A stretch of 44,498 nt of DNA from a virus (IMGVR_UViG_3300049135_000084:1-44498), one strand, 5' to 3'; positions 16,969 to 24,602 are shown, counted from the stretch's first letter. Notes: generated from the sequence alone by a model not told the origin. Made by a program: numbers and translations.

Positions 16969-17247
16969 ATGGAGTCACCACGCCGCGGCCGAGTCTGGTA
17001 CTTCTTCAGCGAGGACTTGCCTGATGGCGAGATTCTTGTGCCCATCACGTCCGAGCACGGGCTGGCGTTCGCCGTACGCCCCAACAGCGGGATGGATCAG
17101 CTGATGCTGGACCAGCTCAACAAGACGACAGAGTTCGTCCTGGGTATTGGGCTTGGCATCCTCAATGTGGGGGACGAGGGCAAGCCCGACGTTGGGGAGG
17201 AGCCTGACGTTGGGAACGAGGACGAGCCCCCCGAGCGAGAGGAGTAG
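16969..17247 (+). CDS. Small acidic protein upstream of integrase (possible antirepressor)
   Basis: GGGGAGG RBS; acidic repeated tail; ends 5 nt before int. Function is inference. Confidence 0.7.
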   Translation: MESPRRGRVWYFFSEDLPDGEILVPITSEHGLAFAVRPNSGMDQLMLDQLNKTTEFVLGIGLGILNVGDEGKPDVGEEPDVGNEDEPPEREE

Positions 17248-17252
17248 TCCCG

Positions 17253-18890
17253 ATGCCGTCAGCACGCCGGGCAGGGAGCATCTACCGTCGATGCGAGTGC
17301 CGTGGTGGTGACGGCAAGCTGCTGGGCAACTCCTGCCCGCAGCTCAAGAAGAAGAGCCACGGCACCGTCGCACTTCGCCAGGAGTTGCCGCCGGACGCCG
17401 AGGGCAAGCGCCGAACCTTCCGGCGCACCGGGTACAGGTCCGTTACGGAGGCCCAAGGCGACCTCTCCCGCCTGCAGGCCATCCTCGACCTACCCGGCGA
17501 CGACCCAGCAGAACAGCAGCGCGTGGGCGATCTACTCGCCGACATCGCACGACGGCGCGCAGACATCCCCCAGGCCGACGAGGTGAAGCGTCGCCTCGGC
17601 GTGGGCGTGCCGCTCGACGGCAAGACAACAGTGGGCGAGTGGCTCGACCGGTGGATGGCCGGAAAGAAGACCAGAGCCACGACGAACGCGGGCTACCGCT
17701 CGCACATCAAGGTCCACCTGAAGCCACGCATCGGGCACTACCGCCTCGACCGCCTCAATGTCGGCCACGTGCAAGAGATGTTCGACGCCATCGCCGACGA
17801 GAGCGATGTGATTCGCGCCGAGAATGAAGCCCGGCGAGAGCAGGAAGCCCGGGCGAAGTGGACCAGGCCCGGACGGCCACCAGCCAAAGAGCGCGAGCGA
17901 CTAGCCGCCGAGCGCGCGAAGCTGGCCGAGATGAAGCCGTACCGGAAGACGAACGGCCCGGCCACGAGGCACGCGATCCGCCGCACGCTGCGCACGGCAC
18001 TGAACGCGGCCATCGCCCAGCAGCTGATCACCTTCAACGCCGCCGCGCACGTCGAGCTGGGCTCCAGCGCGCGCCCCAAGGGTCTGCTGTGGACGGCCGA
18101 ACGCGTCGCACGGTGGCGCGAGACTGGCATGGTTCCCAGCCCGGTCATGGTCTGGACGCCCGAGCAGCTGGGCGCCTTCCTGGACGAGGCCGAGGCGTCT
18201 CGTCTGTACGCCTTCTATCACCTCGTCGCGCACCACGGCCTCCGCCGAGGTGAGGGCGTCGGCGCCGACTGGGCGAACGTGCACCTGGACGCTACCCCGC
18301 CGCGCATCGACGTGTTGACAGAGATCGTGGTGGACGGCTGGACGGCGGTGGAGACGAAGCCGAAGACGGACAGCAGCATGTCGTCCGTGACGCTCGACCG
18401 CGAGACTGTGGCCGTACTGCGGGAGCACCGCGTCGGCCAGGACGCCGAGCGTGCCGCGCGGCTGGAAGCCGGGAAGGCGTGGGCGGACACCGGGAAGGTC
18501 TTCACGACCGAAGACGGATCCTGGCTGCACCCTGACGTCGTCAGTAAGGAGTTCAGGCGCATCCTCCAGCAGGCCGACCTGCCGCCCATCAACTTGCGCG
18601 ACCTCCGGCACGGGGCGGCCGCGCTCGTGAAGGCCGGCGGCGGCGACATCGACGACGCCAGTAAGAAGCTGAGGCACAGCACGATCGTGCTGACGGCCGA
18701 CACGTACATGGCGCTCTTCCAGGAGTACGAGCAGGACCTGGCGGAGCGCGCGGCAGCCGCTGTGCCGCGTGCTCGCCGTGGGCGTGGAGCGGCCCCTGCT
18801 CCGGGCGCTGTACCGGAGCAGGGGCCGAGAGCAGCGACGCAGCCAGCAGACGCTGATATGGACGACCTCAACGGTACGGGCCAGCACTGA
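17253..18890 (+). CDS. int: Tyrosine integrase
   Basis: GLRRGE, RDLRH, LRHS and DTY catalytic boxes; adjacent to tRNA-derived attP. Confidence 0.95.
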   Translation: MPSARRAGSIYRRCECRGGDGKLLGNSCPQLKKKSHGTVALRQELPPDAEGKRRTFRRTGYRSVTEAQGDLSRLQAILDLPGDDPAEQQRVGDLLADIARRRADIPQADEVKRRLGVGVPLDGKTTVGEWLDRWMAGKKTRATTNAGYRSHIKVHLKPRIGHYRLDRLNVGHVQEMFDAIADESDVIRAENEARREQEARAKWTRPGRPPAKERERLAAERAKLAEMKPYRKTNGPATRHAIRRTLRTALNAAIAQQLITFNAAAHVELGSSARPKGLLWTAERVARWRETGMVPSPVMVWTPEQLGAFLDEAEASRLYAFYHLVAHHGLRRGEGVGADWANVHLDATPPRIDVLTEIVVDGWTAVETKPKTDSSMSSVTLDRETVAVLREHRVGQDAERAARLEAGKAWADTGKVFTTEDGSWLHPDVVSKEFRRILQQADLPPINLRDLRHGAAALVKAGGGDIDDASKKLRHSTIVLTADTYMALFQEYEQDLAERAAAAVPRARRGRGAAPAPGAVPEQGPRAATQPADADMDDLNGTGQH

Positions 18891-18928
18891 CAATAGGTAG
18901 GCCTCGGCGTACACTTGAGGGATAGGAA

Positions 18929-18960
18929 AAGGGCCTCTGACCTGCGGGTCGGGGGCCCTT
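18929..18960 (+). terminator. Stem-loop after integrase
   Basis: aagggcctctgacc/ggtcgggggccctt with G-U pairs. Confidence 0.65.
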
Positions 18961-19131
18961 CCTGCTGGCCCCGTGCTGGCCCGAACGCCATGCAACAGCG
19001 TGATGCGCGGTGGGGTGAGACGGGGTGAAGGCCGATCGGAGTGTGGGCCCAAAGTTCCACTGACCTGCACTCCTTGGGGTGCGGTGGGGTGAGCGGAGCG
19101 CGGCGGGGTGAGGTGCCATGAGCGCTCATCA

Positions 19132-19177
19132 GACTTTTAATCCATTGGTTGTGGGTTCGAGTCCCACAGGGCCTACC
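19132..19177 (+). other. attP core: 3' half of tRNA-Lys(UUU)
   Basis: gacTTTTaatcc anticodon loop, T-arm gtggg-ttcgagt-cccac, acceptor 3' strand agggcct-a-cc; no D-arm or 5' acceptor strand upstream. Confidence 0.9.
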
Positions 19178-19180
19178 GAA

Positions 19181-19217
19181 AGGACCCCAGCTCAGAGCAG
19201 GAGCGAGCTGGGGTCCT
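19181..19217 (+). terminator. Hairpin following the tRNA fragment
   Basis: Perfect 13-bp aggaccccagctc/gagctggggtcct; would terminate the reconstituted host tRNA. Confidence 0.75.
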
Positions 19218-19353
19218 GTCCGTTTCAGGTAGGTCTCATGATCGCTAGCTGGCCCGTAGCTGGCCCGAGGGATAAGCGATCATGTAAATGCGCGACGGTC
19301 CCAACTGGGCCGGGTCCAACTGGCGCCGTACGTCTACCTGATGAAAGAAGGAG

Positions 19354-19382
19354 CGGCGGCCACCCGTGAAGGGTGGCCGCCG
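19354..19382 (-). terminator. Intrinsic terminator-like hairpin on minus strand
   Basis: Perfect 12-bp stem followed on the minus strand by ctccttctttc. Confidence 0.6.
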
Positions 19383-19594
19383 TCCTGCCTTCAGCGTCCT
19401 CTCCGGGGCCGCTCTGTGCGTGACCCCAACGCCTCCGGCAGGCCTGTCTCGCCATCGCTGTACAGCTGTTGGCGAACGCCGGGGTGTGGGGGGCGGCGCC
19501 GAATCCAAGTACCGGGTTGCCCGCCCATTTCAAGATCAAACTTTGCTTCACTTCTGATGCTGACAGAAGATCATTCTGCCCCCAGCGTGGACAG

Positions 19595-19822
19595 GTGCCC
19601 GATGCCCAGCCCTCATGGATCCGACTCGCCTGCCAGCAGCAGGGTGTCCGCATCCGCGAGGCTCGCGAGCACGCCAACCTGACTCAGGAGAAACTGGCGG
19701 AGCGAACGGAGTTAGGGCGGTCGACGATCCAGCGCATCGAGTCCGGGGCCGGCATCAAGTACGTACACCTGCTCGTCATCGCCCGCGCCCTCGACGTGCC
19801 CGTGGCTGAGTTGGTCCAGTGA
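19595..19822 (+). CDS. Small XRE-family HTH regulator containing a TTA codon
   Basis: IREAREHANLTQEKLAERTELGRSTIQRIESG; in-frame TTA at 19712-19714; start approximate. Confidence 0.85.
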   Translation: MPDAQPSWIRLACQQQGVRIREAREHANLTQEKLAERTELGRSTIQRIESGAGIKYVHLLVIARALDVPVAELVQ

Positions 19823-19998
19823 AGAGCGGCCCGCCCCGCGGGGGATTTCCGGGACGGGCCGCTCGGGGAAGCATCTGGCGCGGCCGGCGTGCGCGCCAGG
19901 TGCGTGGTCCTGTTGGCGGGCGGCCGTCCCGGCTGATCCCAAGGAGGACGGCCGCCCTGCCCGCCACGCCGAGGGTGGCATACAGGAGTGGCGGGAGT

Positions 19999-20160
19999 TC
20001 AGCGGCGTGTAGATACCGGGGAGGTCTGGGTCGGCACCGGCTTGCAGTGCGTCTTGCACACGAAGATCTTGACGCCCGGACCGGTCGGTGCGGCCATGTC
20101 GATCGGATCGGCCTCGTCGTCCTTGAGTGGCTTGTTACACCGCGCGCAGTACACCGACAC
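19999..20160 (-). CDS. Small Zn-ribbon-like protein (53 aa)
   Basis: YCARCNKPL...VCKTHC; GGAGGAGG before GTG 20160. Confidence 0.7.
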   Translation of the reverse strand: MSVYCARCNKPLKDDEADPIDMAAPTGPGVKIFVCKTHCKPVPTQTSPVSTRR

Positions 20161-20644
20161 CCCTCCTCCCGGTTTCCGGGCAAGGCCCAGAGTGGACATA
20201 GAACAGGTAGACGGCGGACTCGCCGTACCAGAGAACGGGGATTATGCGTCGGTGGGCAAGGTGCACTCGCTGGCTGCACTGTACGCACCACACCTGCGTC
20301 TCCTTGCCCGCCTGATGGCGCGCCTCGTGGTGAGCGCGGGCGAGTGGCTCGGCCTCCCCGCAGCGCGCCAGCAGGCACATGGGGCAGCTCTCTACGTGGG
20401 CCAGCCACGCCCAGTAGGTGTGCAAGCTGGCGATCCTGGCCGTGCGGCAGGGCACGCAGGCGTGGGGCAGCCACCCCTCAGCGCCGCCCAGGCGGACCAT
20501 GCCGTCCTCGGCCTTGCTGCACCAGACGCACACGCTGCCGGAGCGCTGCTCGGGGGTCATGGCGCTGGCCGCCGGCACCTCGTACCGCATCAGCTGGTCG
20601 GCATCGACCTCGTCTGAACTCATCGCCGTGCGGGCGCTGCTCAC
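20135..20644 (-). CDS. Cys-rich putative multi-Zn protein
   Basis: CVWC, CVPC, H...CPMC...C, CVQC, H...C. Confidence 0.75.
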   Translation of the reverse strand: MSSARTAMSSDEVDADQLMRYEVPAASAMTPEQRSGSVCVWCSKAEDGMVRLGGAEGWLPHACVPCRTARIASLHTYWAWLAHVESCPMCLLARCGEAEPLARAHHEARHQAGKETQVWCVQCSQRVHLAHRRIIPVLWYGESAVYLFYVHSGPCPETGRRGVGVLRAV

Positions 20645-20697
20645 TGGTCCGCCTCGGTCACATCCAGCGGCTTGTTGCAGCGCGCGCAGAAGCTCAC
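20641..20697 (-). pseudogene. 18-codon truncated paralog of the 19999-20160 gene (or micro-ORF)
   Basis: MSFCARCNKPLDVTEADQ* versus MSVYCARCNKPLKDDEADP; GTGA overlaps at both ends. Confidence 0.6.
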
Positions 20698-20882
20698 GCC
20701 GTGCTCCCTTCCCGAGCCGGGGCGGCGGCCCCGCGCCGCGCCCTCCGGTATCCCGCGTAGAGCCGATTCGCGACTCGACAGGGCAGGTTCTTGTTGTGTC
20801 CCTGGTCGTCTACGGCCGTGCATGTACGGCAGCCTGAACAGTGCTCGGCCAGGCGCTGATACGCAGCCTCCTTGGGTGTCAC
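20694..20882 (-). CDS. Small Cys/His protein (62 aa)
   Basis: AYQRLAEHCSGCRTC...C; coupled by overlaps. Confidence 0.7.
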   Translation of the reverse strand: MTPKEAAYQRLAEHCSGCRTCTAVDDQGHNKNLPCRVANRLYAGYRRARRGAAAPAREGSTA

Positions 20883-21247
20883 CGTCGTCCCTCCAACGCC
20901 AGGTCACGCAGGGCCCGACGATCCGGGCAGTACTCGCTGTTCCGAATACAGCGCTGACAGTGGCGGGTGTGGAGGCGGGATACGCGGCGGGCCTCCTCGC
21001 GGACGCAGGACGCGCAGCCTCGCGGCCACATCCGGGTGCCGTCCGGGGCCGGGCGCTCGCCGAGGTCGCGTGCGGTTTCGGCGGTGAGCTGCTGACTGCA
21101 CCAAACGCAGACGGCGCCGCGGCGCTGCTCGTCGGACAGGCCGAGGAACTGCGGCAGCGGCAGCATGGGCAGCGCACTGTTCTCAGTGCTGCTGGTGCGT
21201 GTCTCCCCTGGCACGGAGGCCTCCACGGTCGCGGTGATCCGTCTCAC
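20879..21247 (-). CDS. Cys-rich putative Zn protein, paralog of 20135-20644
   Basis: QRRGAVCVWC...WPRGCASC...HCQRC...C; leaderless GTG 7 nt after TACGGT. Confidence 0.75.
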   Translation of the reverse strand: MRRITATVEASVPGETRTSSTENSALPMLPLPQFLGLSDEQRRGAVCVWCSQQLTAETARDLGERPAPDGTRMWPRGCASCVREEARRVSRLHTRHCQRCIRNSEYCPDRRALRDLALEGRR

Positions 21248-21254
21248 ACCAGCG

Positions 21255-21305
21255 ACCGTAGGGAGGGGCGGCCCAGCTCACCCGAACTCTCAGCTCGGGT
21301 GAGCT
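21255..21305 (-). promoter_or_regulatory. Promoter of Cys-rich operon with upstream inverted repeat
   Basis: -10 TACGGT (21255-21260); 14-bp arms agctcacccgaact/agctcgggtgagct, one mismatch (21275-21305). Confidence 0.6.
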
Positions 21306-21320
21306 ACGGGCTCGTCTGCG

Positions 21321-22523
21321 CTACACGAGGCCGATGCGCGCTGCCAGTTGCTCGGCCTGCCGGGCATGCATCGCCCGGGCTCGACGGATCACCGTCAGCA
21401 CCAACTGCCGCGCGAGCGGCGTGCGGGCGAGATCTTCCGGGGCGATCGCCTCCAGGCCGGTGAGGGCGAGCAGCGCGGCGGCGTCGTCCCGCCGCTGGCT
21501 GTGGCAGGCCGCCACCTCCAGGCCGAACGTGAACTCGCGCTCCAGCGACGGCAGGCCGCTCGTGTCGATGGCGTCTGCCGTGTGCAGAGCCTCCCCGGCC
21601 TCGCCCGCCTCCATGTCGATACTCAGGGCGTGCAGTGCCACATTCGTTGGCCCGAACACGGTCCAGCTGATGTTGCTCGCGTCGGGCACCTTCCGGGCCG
21701 CGGGCGCTGCATGCTGGGTCAGCCGCTCCCGTGCCTCCCACCACCGGCGCCGGCGGGCCGACCCCACCACGGCGACGAGCTGGAGGGCGCCGCCCATCGC
21801 GGCCCGCTCGACCTCCGGCAACCGCGCGGCAGCCACTTGCTCGGCCGCGCGCAAGGCGAGTTCCTCAGCCTCGGCGGGCTGGTTCGCGGCGAGGAGGACG
21901 TGACCGAGGTTCCACTGAGCGGCTGCGATGCGGAGCGGGTCGTCGGCGTCCTCGGCGGCGCGCATCGCCCGGTCGGCGGCGATGGTGGCAAGGTCGACGC
22001 GCCCGGTTCGGCGCAGGTAAGAGCGAAGCAGGCAGTACAGGTCGGCGGCGGCTCGGAGCACGGCACGACGCTCGGCCACATCCGCCCGGGCCCGGGCGGC
22101 GCGCACAGCGTGCTCGACGTCGGCGACCAGGCCGGGCAGTGTCTCGGCGGCCCTGGTGAAGCGGTCGCCCGCCGTCTGCCAGTTCTGCCACGCAGCCTCC
22201 ACCCGGTCCCTCAGCTCGGCCGCTGGGGTCGGCTCGGCACTGCGGGCGGGGCCGTAGCCGAGGAGCGCCCGGCCGACAGCAGCCTCGGCGGTGTCTGTGG
22301 TCTCCTCCTCGGGTGGTGGCTGCTCCGAAAGCAGCGCAGCCGTAGGCACGCCGAGCTCTTGGGCGAGCGCATACAGGATTGGCAGCGACGGCACCTTGAG
22401 GCCTCGCTCGATCTGTGACAGGTAGTCGGGTGAGATGCCGACCAGGCCTGCGACCGCATCCTGCCGGCGCCCGCCGCGGTAGTGCCGGATCCTGTCCCCG
22501 ATGGGGAGGTCTGCTGCAACCAT
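21321..22523 (-). CDS. XRE-family regulator with long helical (TPR-like) C-terminal domain (400 aa)
   Basis: IGDRIRHYR...VAGLVGISPDYLSQIERG HTH; helical pairs such as ADRAMRAAEDADDP...AAAQWNLGHVLL; ATG 22523 with GAGGAG. Confidence 0.85.
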   Translation of the reverse strand: MVAADLPIGDRIRHYRGGRRQDAVAGLVGISPDYLSQIERGLKVPSLPILYALAQELGVPTAALLSEQPPPEEETTDTAEAAVGRALLGYGPARSAEPTPAAELRDRVEAAWQNWQTAGDRFTRAAETLPGLVADVEHAVRAARARADVAERRAVLRAAADLYCLLRSYLRRTGRVDLATIAADRAMRAAEDADDPLRIAAAQWNLGHVLLAANQPAEAEELALRAAEQVAAARLPEVERAAMGGALQLVAVVGSARRRRWWEARERLTQHAAPAARKVPDASNISWTVFGPTNVALHALSIDMEAGEAGEALHTADAIDTSGLPSLEREFTFGLEVAACHSQRRDDAAALLALTGLEAIAPEDLARTPLARQLVLTVIRRARAMHARQAEQLAARIGLV

Positions 22524-22604
22524 GCGCCTACTCCTCGCTCCTCGTTCTGAGCGTAGGGTGCCCGCTGCGTGGGGACCGGGAGTTTGTGACGAGGGGAGGC
22601 GCTG

Positions 22605-23273
22605 GTGCCTGAACTGGTGTTGTGGGACATCGACCACACGTTGATGGCGACTCGGGGGCTCGGCGGCGAGCTGTGGGGGGAGGCGTTCGAGCAGGTAACA
22701 GGCGTGGCACTGCGGGGGCAGGCATCCGTGACCGGATCGACTGAGCGGGTGATCCTGCGGGAAACGGCGCGCCTGCACGACCTTCCTTACAGTGACGACC
22801 TGTTCGTACGGTTCGCTGACGCACTCGGTACGGTGCACGTCCGGCGCGCAGCCGAAATGCGCGAGCGGGGCCACGCGCTGCCCGGCGCGGCCGCGGTGCT
22901 CGCGGCCCTCGATGAGCGAGGCGTTCGCCAGACCGTTGTGACTGGCAACGTCCGCCAGGCTGCGGAGGTGAAGCTCGCCGTATTCGGCCTCGACGCGTAC
23001 CTGCGACTCGACGACGGGGCGTACGGAGAGGACGGAGAGGGACGGCCCGAGTTGTTGCATGCCGCCCTCAAGCGAGCGGACGTGTCCCCGCAAAGCGCGG
23101 TGTTTCTGGGTGATACCCCCGCGGATGTCACCGGTGGGCGCGAGGCTGGCGTTCGAGTGGTAGCGGTGGCGACAGGGCGTACTGCGGCGGGCGCCCTACG
23201 CGCGGCTGGTGCCCACTTCGTGCTGGACGGCTTGTCGGACACCGGCCGGGCGCTCGCAGCAATCGGAGCATGA
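22605..23273 (+). CDS. HAD-superfamily hydrolase (phosphatase)
   Basis: Motif I WDIDHTL, motif II VTGN, motif IV GDTPAD; GGGGAGG RBS. Confidence 0.9.
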   Translation: MPELVLWDIDHTLMATRGLGGELWGEAFEQVTGVALRGQASVTGSTERVILRETARLHDLPYSDDLFVRFADALGTVHVRRAAEMRERGHALPGAAAVLAALDERGVRQTVVTGNVRQAAEVKLAVFGLDAYLRLDDGAYGEDGEGRPELLHAALKRADVSPQSAVFLGDTPADVTGGREAGVRVVAVATGRTAAGALRAAGAHFVLDGLSDTGRALAAIGA

Positions 23274-23279
23274 CGAAAC

Positions 23280-23309
23280 GCCCCCTCCCGCCCGAAGGCG
23301 AGAGGGGGC
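23280..23309. terminator. Hairpin between convergent HAD and lysis genes
   Basis: gccccctc-cgcc/ggcg-gagggggc stem. Confidence 0.6.
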
Positions 23310-23317
23310 AAGAGGGC

Positions 23318-24034
23318 TCAGGGGTACTGGCGGCGCTGCGGGTCGAGGCCCATGGAGAGCAGGCTGCCCCCGTCGTCGGGGCTCGGCTGTGGTGCACCAT
23401 CACGGCGGCAGACGAGCGCATCGGGGTCCCAGCTCGGGGCCTGGAGCGAGTACCCGTCTGGGCAGGTCTGGCCGTCCTTGCCGTCGACGCCGTCGACGCC
23501 GTCACGGCCGTCCCTCCCCGGGGGACCGCTCGGGCCGGGGACTGTCGAGTCAGCGCCTGGTGGACCAGACGGGCCTGGCACGGTCGAGTCAGCCCCGTCC
23601 CGGCCGGGCGCCCCGTCCTGGCCGGGCGTACCCGGTGCGCCATCGTCACCAGGCTGTCCATCGGCGCCCGGCGAGCCGTCCTGCCCTGGCCTGCCGGGGT
23701 CGCCCTGCCGGCCGGGTATGGGCACGGGCACCTCGGCCCGCTCGGGCAAGTCGTCCACCGCAACCGACGGGTCAGGGGCGACGGGCTCCTCGCCCTCGCT
23801 CTTCACCTGCTCCCGCAACTGCCGCACGTCCGTCGCGAGGGTGGAAACGGCTTCGCCTCTGCGGTTCGCCTCGGCGACCGCACTGTTCGCCTTGGCGACC
23901 GCGTCTTGGCGTGCGCTCGCCTCGGCGTCGATGCGGGACCAGATAATGACGACCGCGCCGGACAGGGCGACCAGCCAGCACAGCAGCGCCACCGGGCGCC
24001 AACGCCGGGCCAGGGCTCGCTCTGTCCGGGTCAC
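23318..24034 (-). CDS. Membrane-anchored coiled-coil/collagen-like protein of the lysis cassette
   Basis: N-terminal TM helix, coiled coil, long Gly-X-Y tract, C-terminal CPDGY...LVC. Confidence 0.85.
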   Translation of the reverse strand: MTRTERALARRWRPVALLCWLVALSGAVVIIWSRIDAEASARQDAVAKANSAVAEANRRGEAVSTLATDVRQLREQVKSEGEEPVAPDPSVAVDDLPERAEVPVPIPGRQGDPGRPGQDGSPGADGQPGDDGAPGTPGQDGAPGRDGADSTVPGPSGPPGADSTVPGPSGPPGRDGRDGVDGVDGKDGQTCPDGYSLQAPSWDPDALVCRRDGAPQPSPDDGGSLLSMGLDPQRRQYP

Positions 24035-24297
24035 GGGTGTCCTCCGAGTTGGGTGATGATGCCGCGCAGCCGGGTTATCTCGGCCTGGTCGGCGGCACGC
24101 AGGCTGGCAGCTTCGGCGAGCTCCTTGTGGAGTTCGGTGACCTTGGCGTCGAGCCGGTCCCGCTCCTCCTGCAAGTTGTCGGTGAGGCTGCTGTAGCCGG
24201 TGATCGCGTTCTCAGATCGCTTCCCCAGGTACGCCACCACGCCGCCGACGACCGCGCCCACGCCCACGAGCAGGGAGCCGAGGGTGGTGGCGTCCAA
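24031..24297 (-). CDS. Small membrane/coiled-coil lysis-associated protein
   Basis: Single N-terminal TM helix plus heptad-rich tail; follows holin. Confidence 0.75.
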   Translation of the reverse strand: MDATTLGSLLVGVGAVVGGVVAYLGKRSENAITGYSSLTDNLQEERDRLDAKVTELHKELAEAASLRAADQAEITRLRGIITQLGGHP

Positions 24298-24335
24298 GGA
24301 GCCCCCTTACGGATCGTGCCGACGCGTCGTGCGGA

Positions 24336-24602
24336 TCAGACGCCCGCCGCCGTGGAGGCACTGTTCTTCTGGCCGACGGCTCGGGCTGCGACGCCCTTCA
24401 GCAGGGCGAACGCTGCCGCCAGGCCGCCCGCGCCGACGGCCTGCCAGAACGATGCGTTGAGCATGTCGGCGGGGCCTGCGGCCACGGACACGGCTGTCGC
24501 TCCGCCGAGGAAGGACCAGATGGTGCGCTCGGCGAGATCCTTTGCGTAGGTCTTCGCCGTCTTCACCACGGTCTCGGCGGCGGGCAGATTGAGTCCGGAC
24601 AT
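24336..24602 (-). CDS. Holin
   Basis: KDLAERTIWSF pattern, two hydrophobic helices, directly after endolysin. Confidence 0.75.
   Translation of the reverse strand: MSGLNLPAAETVVKTAKTYAKDLAERTIWSFLGGATAVSVAAGPADMLNASFWQAVGAGGLAAAFALLKGVAARAVGQKNSASTAAGV

Noticed and set aside
19100-19177. Complete phage-encoded tRNA-Lys
   Set aside because: The 5' acceptor strand, D-arm and most of the 5' anticodon stem are missing; it is an att core
21248-21320. Arbitrium/RRNPP-type propeptide gene downstream of the XRE-TPR-like regulator
   Set aside because: No short ORF with a signal peptide found; the space holds an inverted repeat and promoter
22524-23093. N-terminal extension making the XRE regulator 590 aa
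   Set aside because: Antisense to the HAD gene; the HTH begins right after ATG 22523, which has an RBS
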